NCBI GenBank assembly: GCA_963814795.1
Contig: CAWFEK010000013.1
Coordinates: forward strand, 4,094-68,093
Direction of reading: 5' to 3'
Source of the DNA: Bryobacterales bacterium
Lineage (GTDB): Bacteria; Acidobacteriota; Terriglobia; Bryobacterales; Bryobacteraceae
DNA length: 64,000 bases
Each line of letters begins with the position of its first letter. Position 1 is the first letter of the stretch. Below are positions 8,565 to 19,200 of the stretch, piece by piece. The translations under genes were made by a program, and so were the position numbers. The notes under the pieces are model-generated. The model saw only the letters and a program-made list of their open reading frames with translations. It searched no databases and had not been told where the DNA came from.

Positions 8565-10439
8565 CTACTGCGCCGGCAACTTCGACTCCCGCCCCACATG
8601 CCCGTTGAGCCCATCCTCAAGCGAAACATGGTTCTTCTCCAACGTCTCCCCCAGCACCTGATCCAACGCTACGCGCGCATGCGCATAAGCAGCCCGAGCC
8701 TGAGTTTCAGACACCTGAGCAGCCAGCAAAGTCGATCGCGCCGCGACAACATCCGCGATCTGCGCCGCCCCGAACGAAAACATCTGCTGTTCCTTATCAA
8801 GCAGCTGCTCTTGCAATGACCGCGAGTCGACAGCTTGCGTATACCTGGCCCTGGCCTGCCGCAGCGCGATCACGTCGTTCGAAATATCCACCACAATCTG
8901 ATTCATGCTGCGGCGCTCCGCCAGATCGCCCTGTCGCATCGTCAACTGATCGATTCCATAATCGCCCTGCGCCTGCCGGTTCAGGAGCGGAACAGAGAAG
9001 CCCACCGCGGCACTCAGATTGTAGAAATTTCTCCTGAATACCTGTCCTAGCGCAGTTCCAAGCCCCCCCACGTAGTAATTGGAAGCCCCGCCCCCTGGCA
9101 CTTGCGCGCCCGCCTGCCCGACGTCCGAAGTCGAAAGACGAGTTCCAAGGTTCGGTAGCAGAGTATTGATGGTGGCCACTGCCAGCGCCTCCTGGGTTTC
9201 GTCGTTAATCTTATTCAGTACGACGTCGGGCCGCTTTGCCAACGCTCGTGCCAGCAGGTCGCGCAAGCCCGGCAGCTCCTCGTCCGCGGGGACCTCGACA
9301 TGGTCCAGCGGAACGATGGCCACAGCGTCAATCAGCGGATCCGCAGTTCCGTTCAGGCTAATTGCATTCTTCAGCAAACTCTCCTGCTGCTGAAGCGATA
9401 CCTGCGCGATGGCCAGATCCTGGCCGCGGGTTGCTGCCTCGGATTCCGCGCGATAGATATCGGCCCGAGCCTCAGCGCCCAATGCAATCTGTTTTTTGGT
9501 ATCGTCCAGGAATTTCTGTGCTGCCTCTAAAGCACGCTGGCGAACCCGCAACTCATCGTCGGCGGCAACCAAATTCCAATAAAGATTCAGAACGCTCGCC
9601 ACCGTGTTCAGCAGTTGCGAGCGATATGTTTCGCGCGCCGCCTGGACTCCCAGCTCCCCCTGCGTAATGAACCGGCGATTGACCGCGATTCCGAATCCTT
9701 GCAGGAACTGATGACGGATGGTAATCGCCACGGTCGGAAGGACGGTAGGGTTCAAATAATCGCTGGGCGCATTTTCCTTGAGGTACGACTCGTTGGCCGT
9801 CACCTGCACCGTGCCGCCGGTAATGAGGCCTTCTTGAACGAAAGAATTGAAGAAGTGACGGTCTTGAACCAAGACATTCGTCTGGCTGGCGACCAAATTG
9901 GACTGCGGTTGAACAAGACGCTGAAACTCAGTGGCGTTTTGGAAGTCGGGGTCCAGGTTGGGCGTAACTGGGCCTAGCTGTTGAACCTGACCGCCTGACC
10001 CTCCGTTGGACCCTCCACTGCTCTGCAAAAGTCCCGTGGTCTGTTCGCTTCCGAGGACGCCTTGCCCGCCGGTCACTTCGTTCTGAGCGATATTCTGCGT
10101 GGTAACCCCGCGCAAGGGCCCGCCAGCTTCCGCCCGCCTCAAATTCCATTCCGCGATCAGAGGCCCATAGCGGTCCACCTCTAGATCAAGATTGTTCTCG
10201 ATAGCTAGCGCGATCGCGTCCTGCACGGTCAAATAAAGCTTGCCGCCGCGAATCAATCCATTCAGCCGGCTTGAATTCGTCAATCGAACAGGTGGAATAT
10301 ATGTGGGCCTGTACGGCCGGATGACAATTGGTACGCTGGGCTTGGTGACCACCTGTGGCGATTCCTGCGCGGGCAGTTGAAACGCCGCACTCACACAAAG
10401 GATCGAAACCACCAGGGTTTTTTGTGGTGATCGGCTCAT
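8565..10439 (-). CDS. TolC-family outer membrane efflux protein (paralogue 2)
   Basis: Signal peptide, LYLTVQDAIALAIENNLDLEVDRY N-terminal OEP motif, and long Ala/Gln/Leu-rich coiled-coil repeats. The start overlaps the upstream stop by 4 nt. Confidence 0.85.
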   Translation of the reverse strand: MSRSPQKTLVVSILCVSAAFQLPAQESPQVVTKPSVPIVIRPYRPTYIPPVRLTNSSRLNGLIRGGKLYLTVQDAIALAIENNLDLEVDRYGPLIAEWNLRRAEAGGPLRGVTTQNIAQNEVTGGQGVLGSEQTTGLLQSSGGSNGGSGGQVQQLGPVTPNLDPDFQNATEFQRLVQPQSNLVASQTNVLVQDRHFFNSFVQEGLITGGTVQVTANESYLKENAPSDYLNPTVLPTVAITIRHQFLQGFGIAVNRRFITQGELGVQAARETYRSQLLNTVASVLNLYWNLVAADDELRVRQRALEAAQKFLDDTKKQIALGAEARADIYRAESEAATRGQDLAIAQVSLQQQESLLKNAISLNGTADPLIDAVAIVPLDHVEVPADEELPGLRDLLARALAKRPDVVLNKINDETQEALAVATINTLLPNLGTRLSTSDVGQAGAQVPGGGASNYYVGGLGTALGQVFRRNFYNLSAAVGFSVPLLNRQAQGDYGIDQLTMRQGDLAERRSMNQIVVDISNDVIALRQARARYTQAVDSRSLQEQLLDKEQQMFSFGAAQIADVVAARSTLLAAQVSETQARAAYAHARVALDQVLGETLEKNHVSLEDGLNGHVGRESKLPAQ

Positions 10440-12340
10440 TGCTTCACCCCTTGCGGAACATTGGCCGGTATGGAGGATTCCCGCTCCACGCGCCCCGCCA
10501 CTACTTCCTTCATGGAAATGCCGTTGACGTCCAAAGTGTCTCCTACGGCCTCATCGAAAGCGATCTTCGCGTGCGTGTAATTCGCCATGGCCTGTATTTC
10601 CGCGTCTTGCGATGTCGCCAAATCGCGTTGCGCCTGCACCACTGCAGGGATCGTCGATTCGCCGAATTTGAAGCGATTCGTCTCTGCGCCCAGTGTTTCC
10701 TCCGACAACTTGCGCGTGCCCACCGCTGTCTCATAACGTGCGCGAGCTTGCTCCACGCCGATGACTGCGTTCTTTACATCCGCGCGAACCAGGTTCATGA
10801 ACTTCTGAAGTTGCAGCTCGCCCTGGCGCACGGCCAGTTGATCCAATACGTAATCGGCTTGCGCCTGGCGGTTTCGAATCTGAATATTCAATGAGAACCC
10901 GGCGGCATAATTTGGGTAGTGGTGTTCGAAGAGCTGGCCTAGGAAGTTCCCATATCCTCCCACCACCGCCGGCGGAACTGGGCCGTTGCTCGGGTTGTAA
11001 ATCGGATTCAGGGCTCCAGTCAGAGCTTGGTCGTTCAAGTCGACGAAAGCGTTCAATACCGGCAGAAGAAGGCTCTTCGTGCCGGCTGCGTTAGCCTTAT
11101 TGCTATCAATGTTGATTCGAGCCTGCTCCAGCTCCGGCCGGTGATCCAACGCCTGAGCGATCAGCTCTGCCGTTGGCTTGAGATCCTCTTTCTCGGGCAC
11201 CACAATCTTATCGAGCGGAATGATGTGTACTTCGTCCAGCCAGGGGCTCGCCACGCCATTTCTGCTCAATGCGTTCTTCAGCACGATTTCCTGTTGGGCC
11301 ACGTTGGTTTGAGCAATCAACAAATTTTCCTTGGAAGATGAAACCTCGGCCCGCGCGCGAGTCACTTCCAACTTCGGCAGCGTTCCCAAGTCGGCTTGAT
11401 GTTGATTTCCCTCCAGCAGCTGCTGCGCAGTCGCCAGCGCTTGCTCCCGAATACGCACGGAATCGTTGAAACTCACCAGATCCCAATACAAATTCAAGAC
11501 TGCCGAAATCGTGGTCGTGGTTTGGCGTTTCAGCTGAAGATCGCTCACCTTTTGATTGTTCTTTGCTACCCGAATGAAACGGTTGTTAACCGGGATGCCA
11601 AAGCCCTGCAATAAAGGTTGCGTTATGTAGAGATCGAGAGAGCCGCTGGTGTTCGGGTTGATGGCGTTATTCGGGCTGTTGGCATCTATCCGATAACTTG
11701 AAAACGTAAACGCGGCGCTGGTCCCCGTCGTGAAGCTCTGGGAGTATCCAGTCTGGAAGAATCGTGAGTCCTGTAAATAGAAGGGGACGCCCGCCAGCAG
11801 CAGATTGCTCAACGGCGTTGTCTGGTGAGCGAGCTGGGTATAGAAGAACAGGCCGGGATCAAGATTGGGCGGCGTGGTGCCGCTGCTGATGATGTATCCG
11901 CCGCCTGAACCCACGCCGGATCCGGTGTCCGGTAATCCAACCGCACCCGAAGTCACGCCGGTCAGACTGACGCTTTGCGGTCCAGGGCTGATTGGCAGGC
12001 CCACGCCGCGCAGAGGCTGCCCGCTCTCCGCTCGCCGCAAAACCTCCCGCGCCAGATACGGCGCGTACCTCTGAATCGCGATATCCAAATTATTTTCGAG
12101 CGTCACCGCAATCACATCCTGCACCGACAAATACAAATTCCCTCCCCGCACCAGCGATTCCAACCGCGGCGTGTTCGACAACACCGCCGGCCCGATAATC
12201 CTGCGCTGGATGTGGAACGGTCTCATGATCGGCCCGATCACCGGCGGCAGCTTCGGCTCTTGGATCGATACTTCTGGCGTCTGCGCCCAGCACATCAGCC
12301 CCGCGCAAAGCACTGGAGCGAATCTTCGAAAGTGGCTCAT
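10436..12340 (-). CDS. TolC-family outer membrane efflux protein (paralogue 1)
   Basis: Signal peptide, LYLSVQDVIAVTLENNLDIAIQRY motif and the same two-repeat OEP architecture as its neighbour. Confidence 0.85.
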   Translation of the reverse strand: MSHFRRFAPVLCAGLMCWAQTPEVSIQEPKLPPVIGPIMRPFHIQRRIIGPAVLSNTPRLESLVRGGNLYLSVQDVIAVTLENNLDIAIQRYAPYLAREVLRRAESGQPLRGVGLPISPGPQSVSLTGVTSGAVGLPDTGSGVGSGGGYIISSGTTPPNLDPGLFFYTQLAHQTTPLSNLLLAGVPFYLQDSRFFQTGYSQSFTTGTSAAFTFSSYRIDANSPNNAINPNTSGSLDLYITQPLLQGFGIPVNNRFIRVAKNNQKVSDLQLKRQTTTTISAVLNLYWDLVSFNDSVRIREQALATAQQLLEGNQHQADLGTLPKLEVTRARAEVSSSKENLLIAQTNVAQQEIVLKNALSRNGVASPWLDEVHIIPLDKIVVPEKEDLKPTAELIAQALDHRPELEQARINIDSNKANAAGTKSLLLPVLNAFVDLNDQALTGALNPIYNPSNGPVPPAVVGGYGNFLGQLFEHHYPNYAAGFSLNIQIRNRQAQADYVLDQLAVRQGELQLQKFMNLVRADVKNAVIGVEQARARYETAVGTRKLSEETLGAETNRFKFGESTIPAVVQAQRDLATSQDAEIQAMANYTHAKIAFDEAVGDTLDVNGISMKEVVAGRVERESSIPANVPQGVKQ

Positions 12341-12555
12341 CTTAATAGAATCCTAATTGACGGCAGCCCCGTAGCGCTGGCCGATTGATTTTCTTGATAA
12401 GAACGTTCGCCCTCCAAGTGCAATTCACCTTCCACTTGCGCTTCGAGGGGAGACGGCGTTTTTCAACGCTTTTCCAAGAAGATGCACCGCCCGGACGCGC
12501 CGAAATCCCCCTACTGTCCGTTTTCGCTACGCGCTGTCCGATTTCGTCACAAATC

Positions 12556-12600
12556 GTGGCGCACGCTCTCAGCGTGCCGCGTTCACACTCATGTGAACGC
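12556..12600 (+). repeat. REP2 double-hairpin element
   Basis: GTGGCGCACGCTCTCAGCGTGCCGC followed by GCGTTCACACTCATGTGAACGC. It overlaps the 3' end of the minus-strand amidohydrolase. Confidence 0.8.
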
Positions 12601-13831
12601 CGTTCCTATAAACCTTCCCGCCCTTCATCACAAACACAACTCTCCGCACGCTAGTAATATCCTCCAGCGGATTCCCGTCAGTAGCCACCAAATCAGCCTC
12701 GAATCCAGCCGCAACAGTTCCCACACGATCCCCCAGCCCCAGCGATTCCGCCGCCACCGAAGTCGCGCTCTTGATCGCCTCCATCGCCGCATCATGCCCA
12801 TCCCTCACCCGATAAATAAACTCCTCCGCATTCCTGCCATGCGCTCCCGCCACAGCATCCGTGCCGAACACAACCTTCACGCCATGCCGCCGCGCGCGCC
12901 GCAGAACATCCGCCGTAGGCGCGAGCGCCTTCTCCAACGCCGCCAACGTGGATTCCGGAAAATTGAAGCTCGCGCGATTCTCCAGATAATTGTGCAGCAC
13001 CAGAAAATTGGGATCGAAATAAGTGCCTCGCTCCGCCATCAGCTTGAGCGTTGCATCGTCCAGAAAATCTCCATGCTCGATGGATGTGCAGCCGGCCAGC
13101 ACCGCCGCCCTTGCCCCACCTGTTCCGATAGCGTGCACCACCGCCCGCAGCCCCACCGCCTTAGCCTCGCCGCAAGCAGCCTCAATCTGCGCATCCGTCA
13201 TGCTCTGCGCGCCGCCCGCGCCTAATCCGGATGTCGCGAACAGCTTGATCACATCCGCGGTTTCCGCTTTGGTCTTGCGCACCAGCGCGCGAATCTCCTC
13301 CGGCGTGCCACTCTTATCTGTGATCTGCCGCACCGAGGTCAGGATGCGCGGCCCCGCGAGTGACCCTTCGGAAATCCGGTCGCGAACATCCACGTCCAGC
13401 GCCGCGCCCACACTCTGCACCGTAGTGAACCCACCCTCTAGCGTCAGCCAGGCATTCTCCGCCGCGTAGAGCGCCGTAGCTTGCGGCGGCTCACTCTGGT
13501 TCATGAGCTTGTGATGGGAATCAAAATGCCAGGTCAAATGAATGTGCGTATCAATCCAGCCAGGCATCACCGTGAGCCCGCGCAGATCGTAAGTCGCGGC
13601 CGCCTTCCCCACTCCCACGCTGCGAATGCGCGACCCCTCAACCACAATCTGCTGCCCCTGCAGCACCCCGCCCCGCCCATCCAGAATGGTCGAAGTCTCC
13701 AGCACAATTGGCTGCGCAAAGCCAACCGCGGACCACGCGAATAAAAGGTGACGCAGCATCCCAGAATTGTACAACCCACCGGCTCCGTACCGAGCCGCGA
13801 CCGTAAGGAAGTCGGTGCCTTCAGGGCTCAA
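12569..13831 (-). CDS. Metal-dependent amidohydrolase family protein
   Basis: MPGWIDTHIHL metal-binding motif and later HA/HG and FGTDA motifs. A likelier start is MLRHLLFAWSAV at about 13762. The last 10 codons are encoded by REP2. Confidence 0.8.
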   Translation of the reverse strand: MSPEGTDFLTVAARYGAGGLYNSGMLRHLLFAWSAVGFAQPIVLETSTILDGRGGVLQGQQIVVEGSRIRSVGVGKAAATYDLRGLTVMPGWIDTHIHLTWHFDSHHKLMNQSEPPQATALYAAENAWLTLEGGFTTVQSVGAALDVDVRDRISEGSLAGPRILTSVRQITDKSGTPEEIRALVRKTKAETADVIKLFATSGLGAGGAQSMTDAQIEAACGEAKAVGLRAVVHAIGTGGARAAVLAGCTSIEHGDFLDDATLKLMAERGTYFDPNFLVLHNYLENRASFNFPESTLAALEKALAPTADVLRRARRHGVKVVFGTDAVAGAHGRNAEEFIYRVRDGHDAAMEAIKSATSVAAESLGLGDRVGTVAAGFEADLVATDGNPLEDITSVRRVVFVMKGGKVYRNGVHMSVNAAR

Positions 13832-16074
13832 CGAATACTAATCAATCCCGAATTACTCTCCACCCCGTTCACCGCAACCACCAGCCCCAGATTCCCCTCC
13901 GCGACCTGTGGCACGACGATATTTACTTGATACAATCCCGCAAACCCGGGCGCAAGCCCGGCAAACGAAACCAGCGCCGCCTGCCCGCCAACAACGGCGC
14001 TAACCGTTCCCGTGACATTCGAAATCGGATTCGCGGAAGCCGCCGCGCCAGTAGCCACAGCGTGGTTCACCGCCCCCAGCCCAGCGAGAAAAACGGCAAT
14101 CACACTCCCCACCGCCGCCGGATTCTCAGGACCATTCGCGCTCCCATCCTGATTCAACGCCGCCGCCTGTCCACCGGGCCCGAGAAATAATCCCGGAGCA
14201 ACGCTCTTCACCGTAATACTCGTTGAACCCACTACATTGGAACCCAACTTCACAACCACCGCCGCATTCCCCGGCGTCACCTGAAAAGGAACCTGCGCAT
14301 TGATCTGCAGCGGGCTGGCATAAAAAATCGGCGCGCTGATTCCATTAACCGTCACCGTCGCGCCCGCCAGTGTTGCAGGCAGCGGAAGTCCGGCCGCCGG
14401 CAATGTCGACTGCGCCATCCCCGAACCGTAAATCGAAATGATCGATCCCGGCGCGGCAATGCCCGCCTGCCCGCTCGCGGCGTTCGCCACTCCCAACGTT
14501 GGACCCGCCAGCAGTCCAAACACCGCCAGAGAATTTTGCGTCCCCACATACACTCTGCCGTTCGCAATCGTAGGAACCGAGAATTTTACGTAGCTGGCCA
14601 GCGCGTCGCGTGAGCGGTTCTGATTGCTGTTATAAAGTTCATGCCCCAAATTCGAAGCATCGTAAGCGTGCAAGGTGTTCGATGTTTCCAGAAACCAGAC
14701 AATCCCGTTCGAAGTTCCGTTCGCCGAAATCGATGGCACTCCTCCGGGATACGCAAACTGCCCGCTGCTCTCCGACGTCGGCGACGTTCCCAACTTTGCG
14801 TTCTCGAGCGAAAAAGCCTTCAGATTATCTCCCGCGCCGCCGAAATAAACCGTCTTGTTGAAGTACGCCGGATTGCCGAACAATCCTCCGCCTATCGCGC
14901 CCGCTAACGACGCCACAATCTGGCTGTCCGCTCCGTTTCGCCATTTGCCCAGGTTGTCGCGATCCAGCACGTAGATCCGGCCTTCTTTTCCCGCTCCCAC
15001 CATCAGGTGCGGATGGCTGGCGCTGCCGGCTTCGTCCCCAATCAGCGCCACGCCCGCCGAGCCAACATCCAGATCGGCGCCATCCAGCTCCCCGAAATTG
15101 AAGGGAGCGAAATAGTCGATTGCCGCCAGGCCCCCAGTGCTCGAAAGTTTGATATAGCTCTCGCCCAGATCCCCGCCGCTGTCCGGATAATCGAACGTCC
15201 CGTTGCCCGCCACCACGTAGATGTTGCCATCCGCGTCCGCCGCCGGCGCGGCATTGCCTTGCCAGAACGACCCCTGATTTCCGTTGGGCGTGTTGTTATA
15301 CAACGCTACCTGCTTCAAAGTCTTCGCGTCGTATCCCATCAGCCAGCCATGATAGGTCCCGATATCGCAGTGCGATGAGAATGCCGCATAGACTACGCCA
15401 TTCAGCAGCAACAGCCCCGGGCGCTGTTTATAGTTGCGAGGCGCGAACACCACCGTGCCGCCGCCCTCGCCCGTCCCGGGGTACGAAGCCTGAATCGCCA
15501 CCGGGCTCCCGGAACGCTCCGCGCCGTTCGAAATATCCAGCGCATGCAGCCGCTGAACATAAGTAGGCGACCCGCCCGCTGTTTCCTTGGTCATGGCGAC
15601 AACATACACGGTTCCCGTGGCCGGATCGATCACCGGTGTGCTGCTTACGCCCAGTTCGGGCACAATCTGATTGCAGCCGGTGTCCTGATACGGCACCGTG
15701 GTCACTCCCGCGCCGGCATTGAGGAAGCTCACGTGCCATAACGGCGCGGCATTCGCGCCCGAACCGCTGTCCGCGTCGAAAGCATAAACGCTGTCATGCT
15801 CGGTGGCCGCCAGAACCACGTTGTGCGTCCCCTTGCCTGCGATGCTCACATTTCCCAGATAAAGCGGCTGCCCATAAACGTATCCATCCACCGCAAAGGA
15901 AAACAATTTTCCGAACTGGCTTTGGCTCACATTGGCCGGCGTCAGCACGCTCTCGTTCAGATTCGCGCCGGCGCGGCTCGCGTCGTATTGGTAAGTAACC
16001 ACGTTCACTTGGGCGCTAAGTGGAAGCGCGGCAACAAACACCAGGCTCCGGGCGCGACTCGGTGTGATAAGCAT
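13828..16074 (-). CDS. Secreted PQQ-like beta-propeller protein with a C-terminal 'Soli_cterm'-type domain
   Basis: The N-terminal 500 aa are paralogous to 355..1940. The C-terminus (SIISIYGSGM...VTVNGISAPIFYASPLQINAQVPF...FAGLAPGFAGLYQVNIVVP) matches the tail of 16245..19610. Confidence 0.8.
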   Translation of the reverse strand: MLITPSRARSLVFVAALPLSAQVNVVTYQYDASRAGANLNESVLTPANVSQSQFGKLFSFAVDGYVYGQPLYLGNVSIAGKGTHNVVLAATEHDSVYAFDADSGSGANAAPLWHVSFLNAGAGVTTVPYQDTGCNQIVPELGVSSTPVIDPATGTVYVVAMTKETAGGSPTYVQRLHALDISNGAERSGSPVAIQASYPGTGEGGGTVVFAPRNYKQRPGLLLLNGVVYAAFSSHCDIGTYHGWLMGYDAKTLKQVALYNNTPNGNQGSFWQGNAAPAADADGNIYVVAGNGTFDYPDSGGDLGESYIKLSSTGGLAAIDYFAPFNFGELDGADLDVGSAGVALIGDEAGSASHPHLMVGAGKEGRIYVLDRDNLGKWRNGADSQIVASLAGAIGGGLFGNPAYFNKTVYFGGAGDNLKAFSLENAKLGTSPTSESSGQFAYPGGVPSISANGTSNGIVWFLETSNTLHAYDASNLGHELYNSNQNRSRDALASYVKFSVPTIANGRVYVGTQNSLAVFGLLAGPTLGVANAASGQAGIAAPGSIISIYGSGMAQSTLPAAGLPLPATLAGATVTVNGISAPIFYASPLQINAQVPFQVTPGNAAVVVKLGSNVVGSTSITVKSVAPGLFLGPGGQAAALNQDGSANGPENPAAVGSVIAVFLAGLGAVNHAVATGAAASANPISNVTGTVSAVVGGQAALVSFAGLAPGFAGLYQVNIVVPQVAEGNLGLVVAVNGVESNSGLISIR

Positions 16075-16244
16075 GCCCTGCGGCCATTTTATACCGCTTA
16101 GCCGGAATTATAAATCGTTAACAACATAAATCCGCGCTGAAATGAAACCACCCGGGGGGTCGGTTGGTCTAACGGTTCGTGGCAGTGAGATTGCTTCTAC
16201 CTGCGTAGCCGCGTCCGAAGTTAAGCTTCTCACCTCGATCTTAC

Positions 16245-19200
16245 GTGGAGGATCTCGTGCAAAACGCTCAAAAGTCTTTCGTCTGTCTCGGCAGCTTGTT
16301 GGGTGCCCTACTGTGTTTTTCGGATACGGCCATCGCCCAAAATGGGACGCTCACGCTAGCCGCCAGCCCGACCCAGCTCACCTTTAGCGCGCAAACTTCG
16401 ACCATCACCCCCCAGTCGATTCTGATAACGTCCTCCGCCGGCGCCACCAGCGTTACTGTGTCGGCCAGCTCGGCCAACAGCTGGCTGCAGGTCACACCCA
16501 CCAGCGGAACAACGCCGCTGCAGGTCACCGTCTCCGTCAATCCGGCTCTTTCGGCCCTGGCCACGGACGACGGCTTTATAAACATCGCGGCTACCGGCGC
16601 CTCCGTTTCCGTGCGCGTCGAACTCGATACCTTGCCCGGAACCAGCCCTCTTTCCGCGAACCCGAATTCTTTGAGCTTTCAATTCCCGGTTAACAGCACG
16701 GTTCCCGTTTCGAAATCCGTGACCTTGTCCACCGCCACTGCCAGCCTGACATCGTTCACCGCCACTCCCCGAACCGCGGACGGCGGAAATTGGCTGAGCG
16801 TAAATCCCACCTCCGGTAACATCTCCGGCGGCCTCGAAGTCAGCGTGAATCCTTCCGCGTTGCCCGCCACGCCGGGTCCGTTCAGCGGAGCGATTGCCAT
16901 TAACGCGCCGGGTACCAACGGTATCAGCATACCGGTATTGGTTACTGTCGCCGGGACGCCCGCCATCCAACTCGGCGCCACTCAACTTGCTTTCGCCTGG
17001 CAAACAGGAACCAATGCGCCCGCTGCGCAATCATTCGCCATTACCAGCAGCACCGGCGCCAATGTCGCTTTCACAGCATTTTCGAAGACCGCATCCTGTG
17101 GAAGTTGGCTGGTAATTTCACCAGATAGTGGCGCGACGCCGAGCAACATCACGGCTTCGGTGAATACCGCGGGCCTTACCACCACCACTACCACGGAACC
17201 GTGCGCGGGAGAAATCGATATCACCGCAGCCGGCGCTTCCAACCCGCTTGTAGTGCTCCCCGTCACTCTTCTTGTCAGCGCCAATCCGCTGCTCTTAGTT
17301 CCCGCCACTGGTCCGGCATTCACTTACCAACTTGCCACCAGTGCTCAACCGGCCACTCAGAACGTCCAGATCACCAGTTCGGGTACCCCGCTGACCTTCA
17401 CCGTCACCACCGCTCCCACCACTACCGGAGGCGTGGATTTCGTAACCGTCACTCCCACCACCGGCACTACGCCGCAGAGCCTGGCGATCTCGGTAAACTC
17501 CACCGTGCTGGCCACTCTCGCTCCCGGCTCGTACAGCGACACCGTTACCTTGACTTCCGCCGATGCCGGCAATTCACCGCAATCGTTCGTTGTAACTCTG
17601 ACCGTAAATAGCAATCCGCTGCTTACTGCCACTGCCCAATCTCTAACTTTCAATTACGAAATTGGAAAGACCGCGCCCACCAACCAGACCTTTAATGTCA
17701 TGAGCACCGCGTCGCCGCTCAATTTCCAGGTGGCTGTCGACACCAGCAATTGCTCTGGATTCCTCTCTGCCACGGCGATTAGCGGGGCCACCGGCCTTAC
17801 GTATCAGGACCAGTCTCAGGTAGTGGCTTCCGTCGACGTAACCGGGCTCAAGACGGCACAGGTCTGCAACGGGCACATCACCCTGAGCGTTCCCAACTCC
17901 TCCACGCCGGCGCTTTCCATTCCCGTCACGCTGAACGTCAGCGACAAAGCTCTTCTCGACGTCAGCTCCAATTACATCTACATCACCGCGCTTGCGGGAG
18001 CCAACCCCTCCTCCCAGACCGTTTCGGTGACCAGTACGGATTCCACCGTGCTTTCCTTCACCGCTATCGCCGCCACTAATCCCGTCGGATTGACCTGGCT
18101 CTCGGTAGCCCCCAATGGCGGAAATACGCCCAACACTCTGCTCATCGGCATCAATCCCGCGAATCTCGGCGTCGGCGGCTACGATGGAACCGTTACCGTC
18201 ACCTCGGACGGACTCCCGGCTGAAGTGATTCATGTCCACCTGCAAGTGGTCGCTTCCAACGTCAGCGCCACTCCGCCAAACGTCTCGCTCTCGCAATCGG
18301 TGGGAGGAACCGCTGCCACCCAAACCATCCAGATCAATGGCGTGCCGGCGGGGACAACCATCGGCACGCTGACCACTACGTTCCCTTCAGGCGGCACTTG
18401 GCTGCAGGCTTCCGCATCCGGAAACACCGTTACGGTAACCGCCGGTGGCCCCACTCTCTTTCCAAATTCGTATAGCGGAGTGGTGACGGTCATCGTACCG
18501 GGCGCCGGAGCCAGCCCCTTGTACATTCCGGTCAACCTGGCCGTTACCGCGGCCAACACTCTGGCGGTCTCCGTCGGCACCGTGAGCTTTGGGTATCAGA
18601 TTGGTTCCAATGTTTTGCAAGGTCCGGCGCTGGTTCAGGTCACTGCTTCGGGAGGCAGCGTTCCCATCACGGCCACCTACACTCCCACCACCGGCGGTAA
18701 TTTCGTAACCGTCACGCCAGCCAGCGGCAATACGCCGGTCACGCTGAGCATCGCGCTGAATACGGCGATCTTGAACACCCTCGGCGCCGGAAATTATACC
18801 GGCAACGTGGTGGTAACCTCGCCCAACATTCCCGGCGGCAGCACGCAGATGATCAAAGTAAATCTCATGATCACCGGCCCCTCCGCTCCGGCAATCACCT
18901 CTCTTGTGAATGCCGCCAGCTTCCTGTCTGGAGCTGTTTCGCCCGGAGAGCTGGTCTCCATCTTCGGCTCCAATCTCGGCCCCAGCACCGGAATCAACTT
19001 TACGCCTACCAACAACACCGTCGGTACCACACTGGGCGACACCACCGTGACTTTCAACGGTGTAGCCGCGCCGTTAATTTATGTCGGACCTACTCAGATC
19101 AATGCCATCGTGCCTTATGAAATCGGCAACGTGCCATTGGGCGAGTCCATCAACGTTACGGTTAACCACGGAGGCATCATTTCCGCAACCTTCATGGTCA

